Source: an uncultured Gammaproteobacteria bacterium (lineage in GTDB: Bacteria; Pseudomonadota; Gammaproteobacteria; UBA9214). Taken from it: a stretch of DNA of 64,000 bases. The stretch is taken from NCBI GenBank assembly GCA_963748215.1, contig CAVVHS010000002.1, forward strand, positions 128,001 through 192,000, in the 5' to 3' direction. A model generated the notes under the pieces. That model did no database searches, was not told the DNA's origin, and worked only from the letters and a program-made list of their open reading frames with translations. Position 1 is the stretch's first letter; each line of letters begins with the position of its first letter. Below, in pieces: positions 20,645-29,064 of the stretch. The position numbers and the translations under genes were made by a program.

Positions 20645-23479
20645 TCAAACATCCAGGCCCAGTGCCTGCACCACCAGCTGCTCCTGTTGCTGCACGTGCA
20701 CGCTGGTATAACCCACTGCCGGCGCAGAGAGTGCAGCGCGGCCAGTATAGATAAGTTTGTTTTCAGCGCCAATCACTTCCTCGAACTTGTGGCGCGCTGC
20801 GTACCAGGCGCCCTGGTTCTGCGGTTCTTCCTGGCACCACACGTATTCGCGCACATTCGGACAACTGGCCAGCTCCTCGCGCAGCAGGCGCCAGGGAAAC
20901 GGGTACAACTGTTCGATGCGCAGCAAGCCCACGTGATCGAGCTGCGTGGCGCGCCTGCGCTCCAGCAGGTCGTAATAGACACGCCCGCTGCACATGACGA
21001 GGCGAGTGATGACCGACTTGTCGGTCGTATCTGTTTCACCGATCACCGGCTGGAACCGGCCCGCGGCGAGTTCGTCCAGCGTGGATGTGGCAAGCTTGTG
21101 ACGCAGCAGGCTCTTGGGCGCCATGACCACCAGTGGACGACGCAGTGGACGAATCATCTGCCGGCGCAGCATGTGGAACATCTGTGCCGGCGTTGTCGGG
21201 TTGCACACCTGGATATTATGATCGACACACAGCTGCAGAAAACGTTCCAGCCGCGCGGATGAATGTTCCGGGCCCTGCCCTTCGTAGCCATGTGGCAGCA
21301 ACAGGGTCAGGCCGCACAGCCTCCCCCATTTAGCCTCCCCGGAGGCGATAAACTGGTCGATCACCACCTGCGCGACATTGGCGAAGTCGCCATACTGCGC
21401 CTCCCAGATGGTCAGCGTTTCCGGCTCGGTGGTCGCATACCCGTACTCGAATGCAAGCACCGCTTCCTCGGAAAGCATCGAGTCGAAGATCAGGAAATGC
21501 GGCTGCCCGTCGGCGATGTTTTTCAACGGCACCCAGATGTCGTTTTGCTTCTGGTTGTGCAGTACCGCGTGGCGATGGAAGAACGTACCACGCTCGCTGT
21601 CCTGCCCGGATATACGTATCGGGAAACCGTCGTGCAACAGGCTCGCAAAGGCCAGTGATTCGGCAAAACCCCAGTCGGCCGGCAAGGCGCCGGCCGCCAT
21701 CTTGCGCCGGTCCTCCATGATCCTGGCAACACGCGGGTGCAACTCGAAGCCGATCGGCAGCTGTTGCAGGCGTTCTGCCAGTTCGACCAGCACCTGCTTG
21801 CTGCACCGGGTATCGCAGGGCTGGTCCCAGGTATGGCCGAGATAGGATTTCCATTTCACCGCAACCGCCGCGTCGACCGGCTGGCCAAGCATGACGGCCG
21901 GCGTCACGCTCTGGCCGGCATCGAGCAGCGTTCGATACTGCAACGCCATTGCATCGGCGGCATCCGCGCTTATCACCTGGCTTGTCGCCAGCTTCTCCGC
22001 GTACAGCGTGCGCGTGCTCTGCAGATTACGTATATCGCGGTACATGGTCGGCTGGGTGGCCGCCGGTTCATCGGCCTCGTTGTGGCCATGGCGGCGGTAA
22101 CAGACCAGGTCGATCACGACATCCTTTTTGAAGGTCATGCGATAGTCGAGCGCGACCTGGGTAACGAACAGCACCGCCTCCGGGTCATCGCCGTTGACGT
22201 GGAAGATCGGCGCATTGACCATCTTGGCGACATCGGTGCAGTACAGGGTCGATCGCGCATCCTTGACCTGGCTGGTGGTAAAACCGATCTGGTTGTTCAC
22301 CACGATATGCACGGTGCCATGTGTCGTAAAGCCTCGCAGCCCGGACATGTTGAACGTCTCCATCACCACGCCCTGTCCGGCGAAGGCCGAGTCTCCGTGA
22401 ATGACTACCGGCAGGATGCGCTCGCCCTCATCGTCCCGGTAGCGCTGCTGGCGCGCCCGAACCGAACCCTGCACGACCGGCGAAACAATCTCCAGGTGCG
22501 ACGGGTTGAACGCCAGCGCCAGGTGCACCTGGCCGCCGGCGGTGGTTATGTTCGAGGAAAATCCCTGGTGGTATTTGACGTCGCCGGAAGTCAGCTCCTT
22601 GCTGTGCTGGTCCTCGAATTCTGAGAACAGCATCGAGGGCAACTTGCCAAGAATATTCACCAGCATGTTGAGACGGCCACGGTGCGACATTCCCATGACG
22701 ATTTCCTTGATGCCCTGCGCGCCGGCACGGTCGATCAATTCACCCATCAGGGGTATCAGGCTCTCGCCGCCTTCCAGCGAAAAACGTTTTTGCCCGACGT
22801 ATTTCGAATGCAGGTAACGCTCGATACCTTCTGCCGCGGTCAGGCGCTGCAGCAACCATACCTGCTTGTCGACGGCGATCCCCGGGTGCGACTGTACGCT
22901 TTCGAGACGCTGCTGGATCCAGCGTTTTTCCTCCGTCACTGACATGTGCATGTATTCCGCACCGATGGTCTCGCAGTAGGTGCGGTTGAGTGCAACAAGG
23001 ATGTTATCCAGCGTCGCCTTCTCCGGACCGACCAGCGAACCGGTGCGGAACACGGTATTGAGATCCTCATCGGAAAGTTCGTGATAGCGCAGGTCAAGCT
23101 CGCTCACAGGCACCGCACCGTTTTGCTGCAACGGGTCGGTACGCGCGTACTGATGACCGCGAAAGCGATAGGCATTGATCAGCTGCAGCACGCGCACCTG
23201 TTTGCGCTCGAACTCGAGGCGTGTCTCGGTGACGCGTGCGATGCGGTGGCCGCGCAGGTGGCCGGTCAGTTTCGAGAATTCGTCGCGAAGCTCGGAATGA
23301 AAGACATCATCGACGGCCTTGCCGTTGACCTGCGGCAGCTGTTGAAACCAGGCATGCCAGCGCTCATCGACCGAGTCCGGATCCCGCTGCCAGCTCTCGT
23401 AGAGTGACTCGAGCCAGGAACCGTTGGTACCATCGAGCAGCGAGGACTGTTGCAGCGCAAGCATGCGTGAGTTGCTCAT
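20645..23479 (-). CDS. sucA: 2-oxoglutarate dehydrogenase E1
   Basis: KRFSLEG, GDVKYH, HGDSAFAGQG, WEAQYGDF and GPEHSSAR motifs. Confidence 0.97.
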   Translation of the reverse strand: MSNSRMLALQQSSLLDGTNGSWLESLYESWQRDPDSVDERWHAWFQQLPQVNGKAVDDVFHSELRDEFSKLTGHLRGHRIARVTETRLEFERKQVRVLQLINAYRFRGHQYARTDPLQQNGAVPVSELDLRYHELSDEDLNTVFRTGSLVGPEKATLDNILVALNRTYCETIGAEYMHMSVTEEKRWIQQRLESVQSHPGIAVDKQVWLLQRLTAAEGIERYLHSKYVGQKRFSLEGGESLIPLMGELIDRAGAQGIKEIVMGMSHRGRLNMLVNILGKLPSMLFSEFEDQHSKELTSGDVKYHQGFSSNITTAGGQVHLALAFNPSHLEIVSPVVQGSVRARQQRYRDDEGERILPVVIHGDSAFAGQGVVMETFNMSGLRGFTTHGTVHIVVNNQIGFTTSQVKDARSTLYCTDVAKMVNAPIFHVNGDDPEAVLFVTQVALDYRMTFKKDVVIDLVCYRRHGHNEADEPAATQPTMYRDIRNLQSTRTLYAEKLATSQVISADAADAMALQYRTLLDAGQSVTPAVMLGQPVDAAVAVKWKSYLGHTWDQPCDTRCSKQVLVELAERLQQLPIGFELHPRVARIMEDRRKMAAGALPADWGFAESLAFASLLHDGFPIRISGQDSERGTFFHRHAVLHNQKQNDIWVPLKNIADGQPHFLIFDSMLSEEAVLAFEYGYATTEPETLTIWEAQYGDFANVAQVVIDQFIASGEAKWGRLCGLTLLLPHGYEGQGPEHSSARLERFLQLCVDHNIQVCNPTTPAQMFHMLRRQMIRPLRRPLVVMAPKSLLRHKLATSTLDELAAGRFQPVIGETDTTDKSVITRLVMCSGRVYYDLLERRRATQLDHVGLLRIEQLYPFPWRLLREELASCPNVREYVWCQEEPQNQGAWYAARHKFEEVIGAENKLIYTGRAALSAPAVGYTSVHVQQQEQLVVQALGLDV

Positions 23480-23670
23480 TGTTCAATGACTCCGGCTGTC
23501 CTGTGTAGCATTGCAGCGAGTATAGGGGACCGATACTTATATAGACGATATCGTTGTCCTTAAGTTTTACTTTAGACCGCGTCTGCGGGCCTTTGTTAGC
23601 CGGCGCCGGTATCCAGTGGCCGGTAACCGGCTGTCAGGTCGCAACGCCGCACCCCCCTCGTGACCGTAAT

Positions 23671-23909
23671 TACGGACATACCAGCAGGTAGAAGGTGAGA
23701 TCGCGCAGCTATCGAGAGACTGGCCTGGGCCATGTACGAGAGCGGCCATACCTACGATGTACAGGGAAGTACGAGTGTCACGAGAGGACACGACTGCAGG
23801 GAGGAGGTGAGACCGTTTTTACGGGCATAGCCCGGGTCGAGAGGCTGGCCTGGGCCATGCAGGAGGTAGAGCAACGCAGGAGCAGTTGCCGAGGAAGCCC
23901 GAAGCGGCC
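23671..23909 (+). repeat. Cluster of nested GGA-hairpin miniature elements
   Basis: Two copies of GRAGGTGAGA..TGGCCTGGGCCA (23691-23732, 23803-23857) and one CGACTGCAGGGA..GTTGCCGA element (23791-23892). Both families recur at 25049-25208. Confidence 0.8.
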
Positions 23910-23920
23910 GCCCAGTAGGC

Positions 23921-23949
23921 AAAAAAAGGGCTGCACAAGGCAGCCCTTT
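23921..23949 (-). terminator. Rho-independent terminator of the cytochrome c5 gene
   Basis: Minus strand AAAGGGCTGC-CTTGT-GCAGCCCTTT followed by more Ts. Confidence 0.85.
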
Positions 23950-23972
23950 GAGTTCAGGGGACAGTGATTCTC

Positions 23973-24473
23973 TTACTGGCTTTTGCTGACCATGTACTCG
24001 ACGGCAGCCTGGAGCTCGGCATCGGAACAGGCCATGCAGAGTCCCTTTGGTGGCATCGCGTTCAGGCCCTTGGTGACACTGGTCATCAGGGATGGCATCC
24101 CTTTGGCGATACGCGGCGCCCAGGTGGCGGCATCGCCCAGTTTCGGGGCCCCGGCCGCACCGGTGGCGTGGCAGGCCATGCAGCTGCCATTGTAGACCTG
24201 CTCGCCTGATTTCGGTTCCGCGGCAACCGGCGCGGCACTGGCCATTGCCGTTCCAGCAGGCGTGGCAGTAGTCCCGGCCGGAGCTGAAGCCGATTTACTC
24301 CCCACGTTAACCTGCCCGACCGGCGTGATGTTCTCAATCACGACCTCATCCGGCTTGTATTCAGCCACTTCGCTGGTCAGGTTGCTGGCGATCATGACCA
24401 GAATGATCGCGAGGACCGCGAGTGCGCCCATGATGGTGAAGAATGTGGTGTAAAACTGTTTATCCTGACTCAA
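23973..24473 (-). CDS. Cytochrome c5
   Basis: N-terminal TM helix, CMACH..GAPK..W..R, and MPPKGLCMAC. Confidence 0.9.
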   Translation of the reverse strand: MSQDKQFYTTFFTIMGALAVLAIILVMIASNLTSEVAEYKPDEVVIENITPVGQVNVGSKSASAPAGTTATPAGTAMASAAPVAAEPKSGEQVYNGSCMACHATGAAGAPKLGDAATWAPRIAKGMPSLMTSVTKGLNAMPPKGLCMACSDAELQAAVEYMVSKSQ

Positions 24474-24688
24474 GGTAATCTCCTGAATGATTTGCAGTGG
24501 TGCGTTATGGCGACGGATGGATTGGGCCCCGGCTGCCAGGTTGGGCGGATTATACTGAAAAGGGCGGGCTCATGAAATTACCGGCCAACTCCGCCGTAGA
24601 CCCGCCAGTTGGCAGGCGGTATCCTTGCCAGCTTATCTGTGGCAATCCGAGCCGGTTAGCATCGATCGCCGGGGAGAGACAGCAAAAA

Positions 24689-24765
24689 GCGCCCGTAGCT
24701 CAGTTGGATAGAGTGTCGGTTTCCGAAACCGAAGGTCACAGGTTCGATTCCTGTCGGGCGCGCCA
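24689..24765 (+). tRNA. tRNA-Arg (CCG)
   Basis: GCGCCCG acceptor stem, anticodon arm TCGGT-TTCCGAA-ACCGA, GTTCGATT T-loop and encoded CCA; 77 nt. Confidence 0.95.
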
Positions 24766-25274
24766 TTTACAGTTTCAGTTCCGCACCGGAAGGTGCGGGA
24801 CTGTTCCGGTTCGACCGGCAGGAAGCGAACCTGTGAAACAGGTTCGACCAGCCACCGGAAGGTGGCGCAGAACGTCGTCGCGTAGCGACGGCGGCCCCGC
24901 AGGGGTGAGGGCCAGCGGCCCGAATATTCCTGTCGGGCGCGCCATTTACAGTTTCAGTTCCATATCGGAAGGTGCGGGACTATTCCGGTTCGGCCGGCAG
25001 GAAGCGAACCTGTGAAACAGGTTCGACCAGCCACCGGAAGGTGGCGCACGACTGCAGGGAAGCACGACTACACGGAGAAGGTGAGACCGGGTACCGGACG
25101 GAAGGCTGGCCTGGGCCATGTAGGAGGTAGAGTAACGCATGGAGCGGTTACCGAGGAGTTAGGGCACCAAAAGTAGGCGCCTTAGGCGATGCAGGGAGCC
25201 ATTGCCGGGAACGTCGCCGCACAGCGGCGGCGGCCCCGCAGGGGCGAGACGGTAATCCCCTGCAGGGACACCCA
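24747..25274 (+). repeat. tRNA-linked tandem repeat (179-bp unit; second copy carries a 160-bp insertion)
   Basis: ATTCCTGTCGGGCGCGCCATTTACAGTTTCAGTTC occurs at 24747 and 24926, followed by near-identical downstream sequence. Confidence 0.9.
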
Positions 25275-25297
25275 ATATCAGCGAGACAGGCACCGCC

Positions 25298-25846
25298 ATG
25301 AACCTAGACAGAGTACCGTCCGGCGATAACGTGCCAGACAATGTCAATGTCATCATCGAAATACCGTCCCACAGCGACCCGGTAAAATACGAGGTCGACA
25401 AGAAAACCGGCGCCATGTTCGTCGACCGTTTCATGGATACCGCCATGCACTATCCGTGCAACTATGGCTATATTCCGCATACCCTGTCCGAGGATGGCGA
25501 CCCGGTCGACGTGCTGGTGGTGACACCGGTGCCACTGATCAGCGGTGCGGTAATCCAGTGCCGCCCGATCAGCATCCTGCGCATGTCCGATGAAGCCGGG
25601 CCGGATGCCAAGATCCTCGCCCTACCGGTGGACCGGCTGTCTACCCACTACCGCCATATCGACTCGCTCGACGAACTCCCGCCGGAGCTGCCCGCGTCGA
25701 TCGCGCACTTTTTCGAGCACTACAAGGACCTGGAGCCGAACAAGTGGGTCAAGATCGAGGGATGGGACGGGCTGGATGCCGCCCGAGAGGAAATCCTGGC
25801 AAGCATACAGCGTTTCAAGGATGCCCCGGTCAAGCCGCACTTCTAG
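25298..25846 (+). CDS. ppa: Inorganic pyrophosphatase
   Basis: KYEVDK, YPCNYG, DGDPVD and [10 protein letters not shown] motifs. Confidence 0.96.
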   Translation: MNLDRVPSGDNVPDNVNVIIEIPSHSDPVKYEVDKKTGAMFVDRFMDTAMHYPCNYGYIPHTLSEDGDPVDVLVVTPVPLISGAVIQCRPISILRMSDEAGPDAKILALPVDRLSTHYRHIDSLDELPPELPASIAHFFEHYKDLEPNKWVKIEGWDGLDAAREEILASIQRFKDAPVKPHF

Positions 25847-25895
25847 ATAGGAGCTTAATCCTCTGATTTTATTGACTTTATATTTTATGGTCTAA

Positions 25896-25931
25896 ATATA
25901 CGCTTGACCATATATATGTTCAAGCGTATAT
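25896..25931. promoter_or_regulatory. ArsR operator palindrome overlapping the promoter
   Basis: ATATACGCTTGA-cCATATATATGt-TCAAGCGTATAT is a 36-bp near-perfect palindrome. It overlaps TTGACC-N17-TATATC. Confidence 0.75.
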
Positions 25932-25938
25932 CTACGGC

Positions 25939-26292
25939 ATGCCCATCACGCCGGAAACCCTGTTCCAGATGCTGTCGGATGCCACGCGCCTGCGGGTGCT
26001 GCTACTGCTGGCCGCCGAACAGGAGTTGTGCGTCTGCGAGCTCACCCATGCGCTGAACCAGTCGCAACCGAAGGTCTCGCGCCACCTGGCACACCTGCGC
26101 GACAGCGGGCTGCTGCTGGCACGCCGCGAGGGTCAGTGGATGTATTACCGCATCGACCCGTCATTGCCCGACTGGGCACACAGCATCCTGCACCATACCC
26201 TGCTCGGCAACGCGAGCAGCGCACCGTTTCGCGCTGACCGCGCCACCCTCAAAGACATGCCCAACCGCCCGGGCGCGGCCTGCTGCGCCTGA
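25939..26292 (+). CDS. arsR: ArsR family repressor
   Basis: ELCVCEL and SQPKVSRHL motifs, with C-terminal CC. Confidence 0.93.
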   Translation: MPITPETLFQMLSDATRLRVLLLLAAEQELCVCELTHALNQSQPKVSRHLAHLRDSGLLLARREGQWMYYRIDPSLPDWAHSILHHTLLGNASSAPFRADRATLKDMPNRPGAACCA

Positions 26293-26313
26293 GCACAAGC
26301 AAGGAGAACCATC

Positions 26314-26742
26314 ATGTCCCGTATGCATATCCATATCGCCGTCACCGACCTGGCGCAGAACATCCGCTTCTATTCCACCCTGTTCGGCACGGCACCCACG
26401 GTCAGCAAACCCGACTATGCCAAGTGGGAGCTGGCCGACCCGGCCGTGAACTTCGCCATCTCCGACCGTGGCGGCGCAGCCGGCCTCGACCATGTCGGTA
26501 TCCAGACCGACGACGAGGCCGAACTGGCCGCCATCCGCGCACGCCTGCAACAGGCCGGCATCGCCGGCCACAGCCAGGATGCAACTGCCTGCTGCTACGC
26601 CCGCTCCGACAAGTACTGGACACAGGATCCGCAGGGTATCGCCTGGGAGACCTTCCGTACCCTGGAGACCATACCGACCTTCAGCAACTCACCGGTCGAC
26701 GGAACCAGCTGTGTCCCGGTCGCCGGCTCGAGCTGCTGCTAA
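26314..26742 (+). CDS. ArsI/CadI family VOC metalloenzyme (C-As lyase-like)
   Basis: MSRMHIHIAV, KPDYAKW and CCYARSDKYW..DPQGIAWE motifs. Confidence 0.88.
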   Translation: MSRMHIHIAVTDLAQNIRFYSTLFGTAPTVSKPDYAKWELADPAVNFAISDRGGAAGLDHVGIQTDDEAELAAIRARLQQAGIAGHSQDATACCYARSDKYWTQDPQGIAWETFRTLETIPTFSNSPVDGTSCVPVAGSSCC

Positions 26743-26747
26743 GCGCC

Positions 26748-27155
26748 ATGAATATCCTGTTCCTGTGTACCGGCAACTCGTGCCGTTCGCAGATGGCGGA
26801 AGGCTGGGCACGGCACTTCGCCGGCGACCGTCATATCATCCAGTCGGCCGGGCTCGAGGCGCATGGTAAAAACCCGCGCGCCATTGCCGTCATGCGCGAG
26901 GCCGGTGTCGATATCTCAGGCCAGGAATCCACCCCGGTGACGGACGCGATGCTGGCCGCGGCCGATATCGTGGTGACAGTATGCGGCCATGCCGACGAGC
27001 AGTGCCCTGTCATACCGGCAGGCGTAAAAAAGATTCACTGGCCCTTGAGCGATCCGGCCAAGGCCGCTGGCAGTGACGACATCGTCATGGAGGTGTTTCG
27101 CGCCAGCCGTGACGACATCCGGCAGCGGGTAATGACCCTGCTGGCAACGCTTTAG
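26748..27155 (+). CDS. arsC: Thioredoxin-coupled arsenate reductase
   Basis: LCTGNSCRSQMAEG, VCGHADEQCP and HW..DP motifs. Confidence 0.93.
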   Translation: MNILFLCTGNSCRSQMAEGWARHFAGDRHIIQSAGLEAHGKNPRAIAVMREAGVDISGQESTPVTDAMLAAADIVVTVCGHADEQCPVIPAGVKKIHWPLSDPAKAAGSDDIVMEVFRASRDDIRQRVMTLLATL

Positions 27156-27162
27156 CCTCGCC

Positions 27163-28197
27163 ATGAGTTTTTTCGAGCGTTACCTGAGCCTGTGGGTGCT
27201 GCTGTGTATCGTGGTCGGCATCATCCTGGGGCATGCATTCCCCGACATGTTCAGTGCTATCGGCGGCCTGGAGATCGCGCGCGTGAACATGCCGGTGGCC
27301 GTGCTGGTATGGCTGATGATCCTGCCGATGCTGCTCAAGATCGACTTTCATGCCCTCCACGAGGTCCGCCATCACATGCGCGGAATCGGTGTCACGCTGT
27401 TCGTCAACTGGGCCGTCAAGCCGTTCTCGATGGCATTGCTGGGCTGGTTGTTCATCCGCGTGCTGTTCGCCGGCTGGCTGCCCGCGGAGCAGATCGACAG
27501 CTATATTGCCGGTCTGATCCTGCTGGCCGCCGCACCCTGCACCGCCATGGTGTTTGTCTGGAGCAACCTGACCAACGGTCACCCGGGTTTCACACTGTCC
27601 CAGGTGGCGCTCAACGATGTCATCATGGTCTTCGCGTTCGCGCCCATCGTCGCGCTACTGCTGGGCATGGCCTCGATCACGGTCCCGTGGGACACCCTGG
27701 TCCTGTCGGTCGTGCTCTACATCGTGATTCCGGTAATCTTCGCCAGTGCATGGCGGCACTGGCTGCTGGCACGTCCGCAGGGCGTCGCAAGACTCGCCCG
27801 GCTGCTGCATGTCCTGCAGCCGCTATCCATCACGGCACTGTTGCTGACGCTGGTGCTGCTGTTCGGCTTCCAGGGCCGGCAGATTCTCGACCAGCCGCTG
27901 GTCATCGTGCTGCTCGCGATCCCGATCACCCTGCAGGTGTATTTCAATTCAGGACTGGCCTACCTGCTGAGCCGCCGACTCGGCGTGGCGCATAATGTGG
28001 CCGCACCCGCCGCCCTGATCGGCGCCAGCAATTTCTTCGAGCTGGCCGTGGCCACCGCCATCAGCCTGTATGGCATCGGCTCCGGCGCGGCACTCGCCAC
28101 CGTAGTCGGCGTGCTGGTCGAGGTGCCGGTCATGCTGTCCGTGGTCGCCATCGCCAACGCGACTCGCGGCTGGTACGAACAGACAGGCAACACCTGA
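27163..28197 (+). CDS. acr3: Acr3 arsenite efflux pump
   Basis: FFERYLSLW, APCTAMVFVW, ASNFFELA and VEVP motifs. Confidence 0.94.
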   Translation: MSFFERYLSLWVLLCIVVGIILGHAFPDMFSAIGGLEIARVNMPVAVLVWLMILPMLLKIDFHALHEVRHHMRGIGVTLFVNWAVKPFSMALLGWLFIRVLFAGWLPAEQIDSYIAGLILLAAAPCTAMVFVWSNLTNGHPGFTLSQVALNDVIMVFAFAPIVALLLGMASITVPWDTLVLSVVLYIVIPVIFASAWRHWLLARPQGVARLARLLHVLQPLSITALLLTLVLLFGFQGRQILDQPLVIVLLAIPITLQVYFNSGLAYLLSRRLGVAHNVAAPAALIGASNFFELAVATAISLYGIGSGAALATVVGVLVEVPVMLSVVAIANATRGWYEQTGNT

Positions 28198-28332
28198 TGC
28201 ACGCCGCTGCCGGCAGCACCGGCAAGCCGGTTGCAATGCATAATATTTCAACCGGGGCTAAAAATTACTCGCCGCCTCATGTTACGCTGCGAGGCTCGTG
28301 ACAAGCCGATAAAAGCAAAGGACTAATCTGCC

Positions 28333-29064
28333 TTGGAACAGCTGCGCCGTTTTCTCGACTCGGTGTTATCCAGCATCCGTGACCTGCTCCCCATCGTGCT
28401 GGTGGTCACGTTCTTCCAGGCCGTTGTCATACAGCAACCGCTACCGGAATTCGGCCGCATACTGGCCGGCGGCCTGATGGTGGTGCTCGGGCTGGCGTTT
28501 TTCCTTCGCGGCCTGGAACAGGGGCTGTTCCCGATCGGCGAGTCGATCGCCTATGCCTTTGCGCGCAAGGCCAACCTCCCCTGGCTGCTCGTGTTTGCGT
28601 TTGCACTGGGGTTCGGCACCACCATCGCGGAACCTGCACTGACCGCGGTAGCTGCCGAGGCGGCACAGATCGCGGCGGATGGCGGCGTCATATTAAATCA
28701 GCAGGCGTCCCTTGAGCGCTATGCTATGGGCCTGCGCATCACCGTGGCACTGTCGGTCGGGATTGCCATACTGGTCGGCGTGTACCGCATCGTGCGCGGC
28801 TGGCCGATCCAGTATTTCATCATCGGCGGTTATATCGGCGTGGTTATCATGACCGCATTCGCACCCCCCGAGATAATCGGCATCGCCTATGATTCCGGCG
28901 GCGTCACCACGTCCACCGTCACGGTACCGCTGGTCACGGCGCTCGGCGTCGGGCTCGCGCAGAGTATTCGCGGCCGCAATCCCATGATCGACGGTTTCGG
29001 CCTGATCGCCTTTGCCTCGCTGACACCGATCATCTTCGTCATGGCTTACGGAATGATCATTTGA
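28333..29064 (+). CDS. DUF1538 family membrane protein
   Basis: [29 protein letters not shown] and [10 protein letters not shown] motifs. Confidence 0.85.
   Translation: MEQLRRFLDSVLSSIRDLLPIVLVVTFFQAVVIQQPLPEFGRILAGGLMVVLGLAFFLRGLEQGLFPIGESIAYAFARKANLPWLLVFAFALGFGTTIAEPALTAVAAEAAQIAADGGVILNQQASLERYAMGLRITVALSVGIAILVGVYRIVRGWPIQYFIIGGYIGVVIMTAFAPPEIIGIAYDSGGVTTSTVTVPLVTALGVGLAQSIRGRNPMIDGFGLIAFASLTPIIFVMAYGMII

Noticed and set aside
24747-24960. attL/attR of a prophage or ICE at tRNA-Arg
   Set aside because: The duplicated 3' end is only 179 bp away, the duplication extends far beyond the tRNA, and there is no integrase.
24497-25015. 172-aa ORF
   Set aside because: It runs through the tRNA and its repeat, so it is spurious.
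23671-25274. CRISPR array interpretation of the conserved-end/variable-middle repeats
   Set aside because: There is no regular repeat-spacer periodicity, copies are nested rather than arrayed, and no cas genes are in the window.
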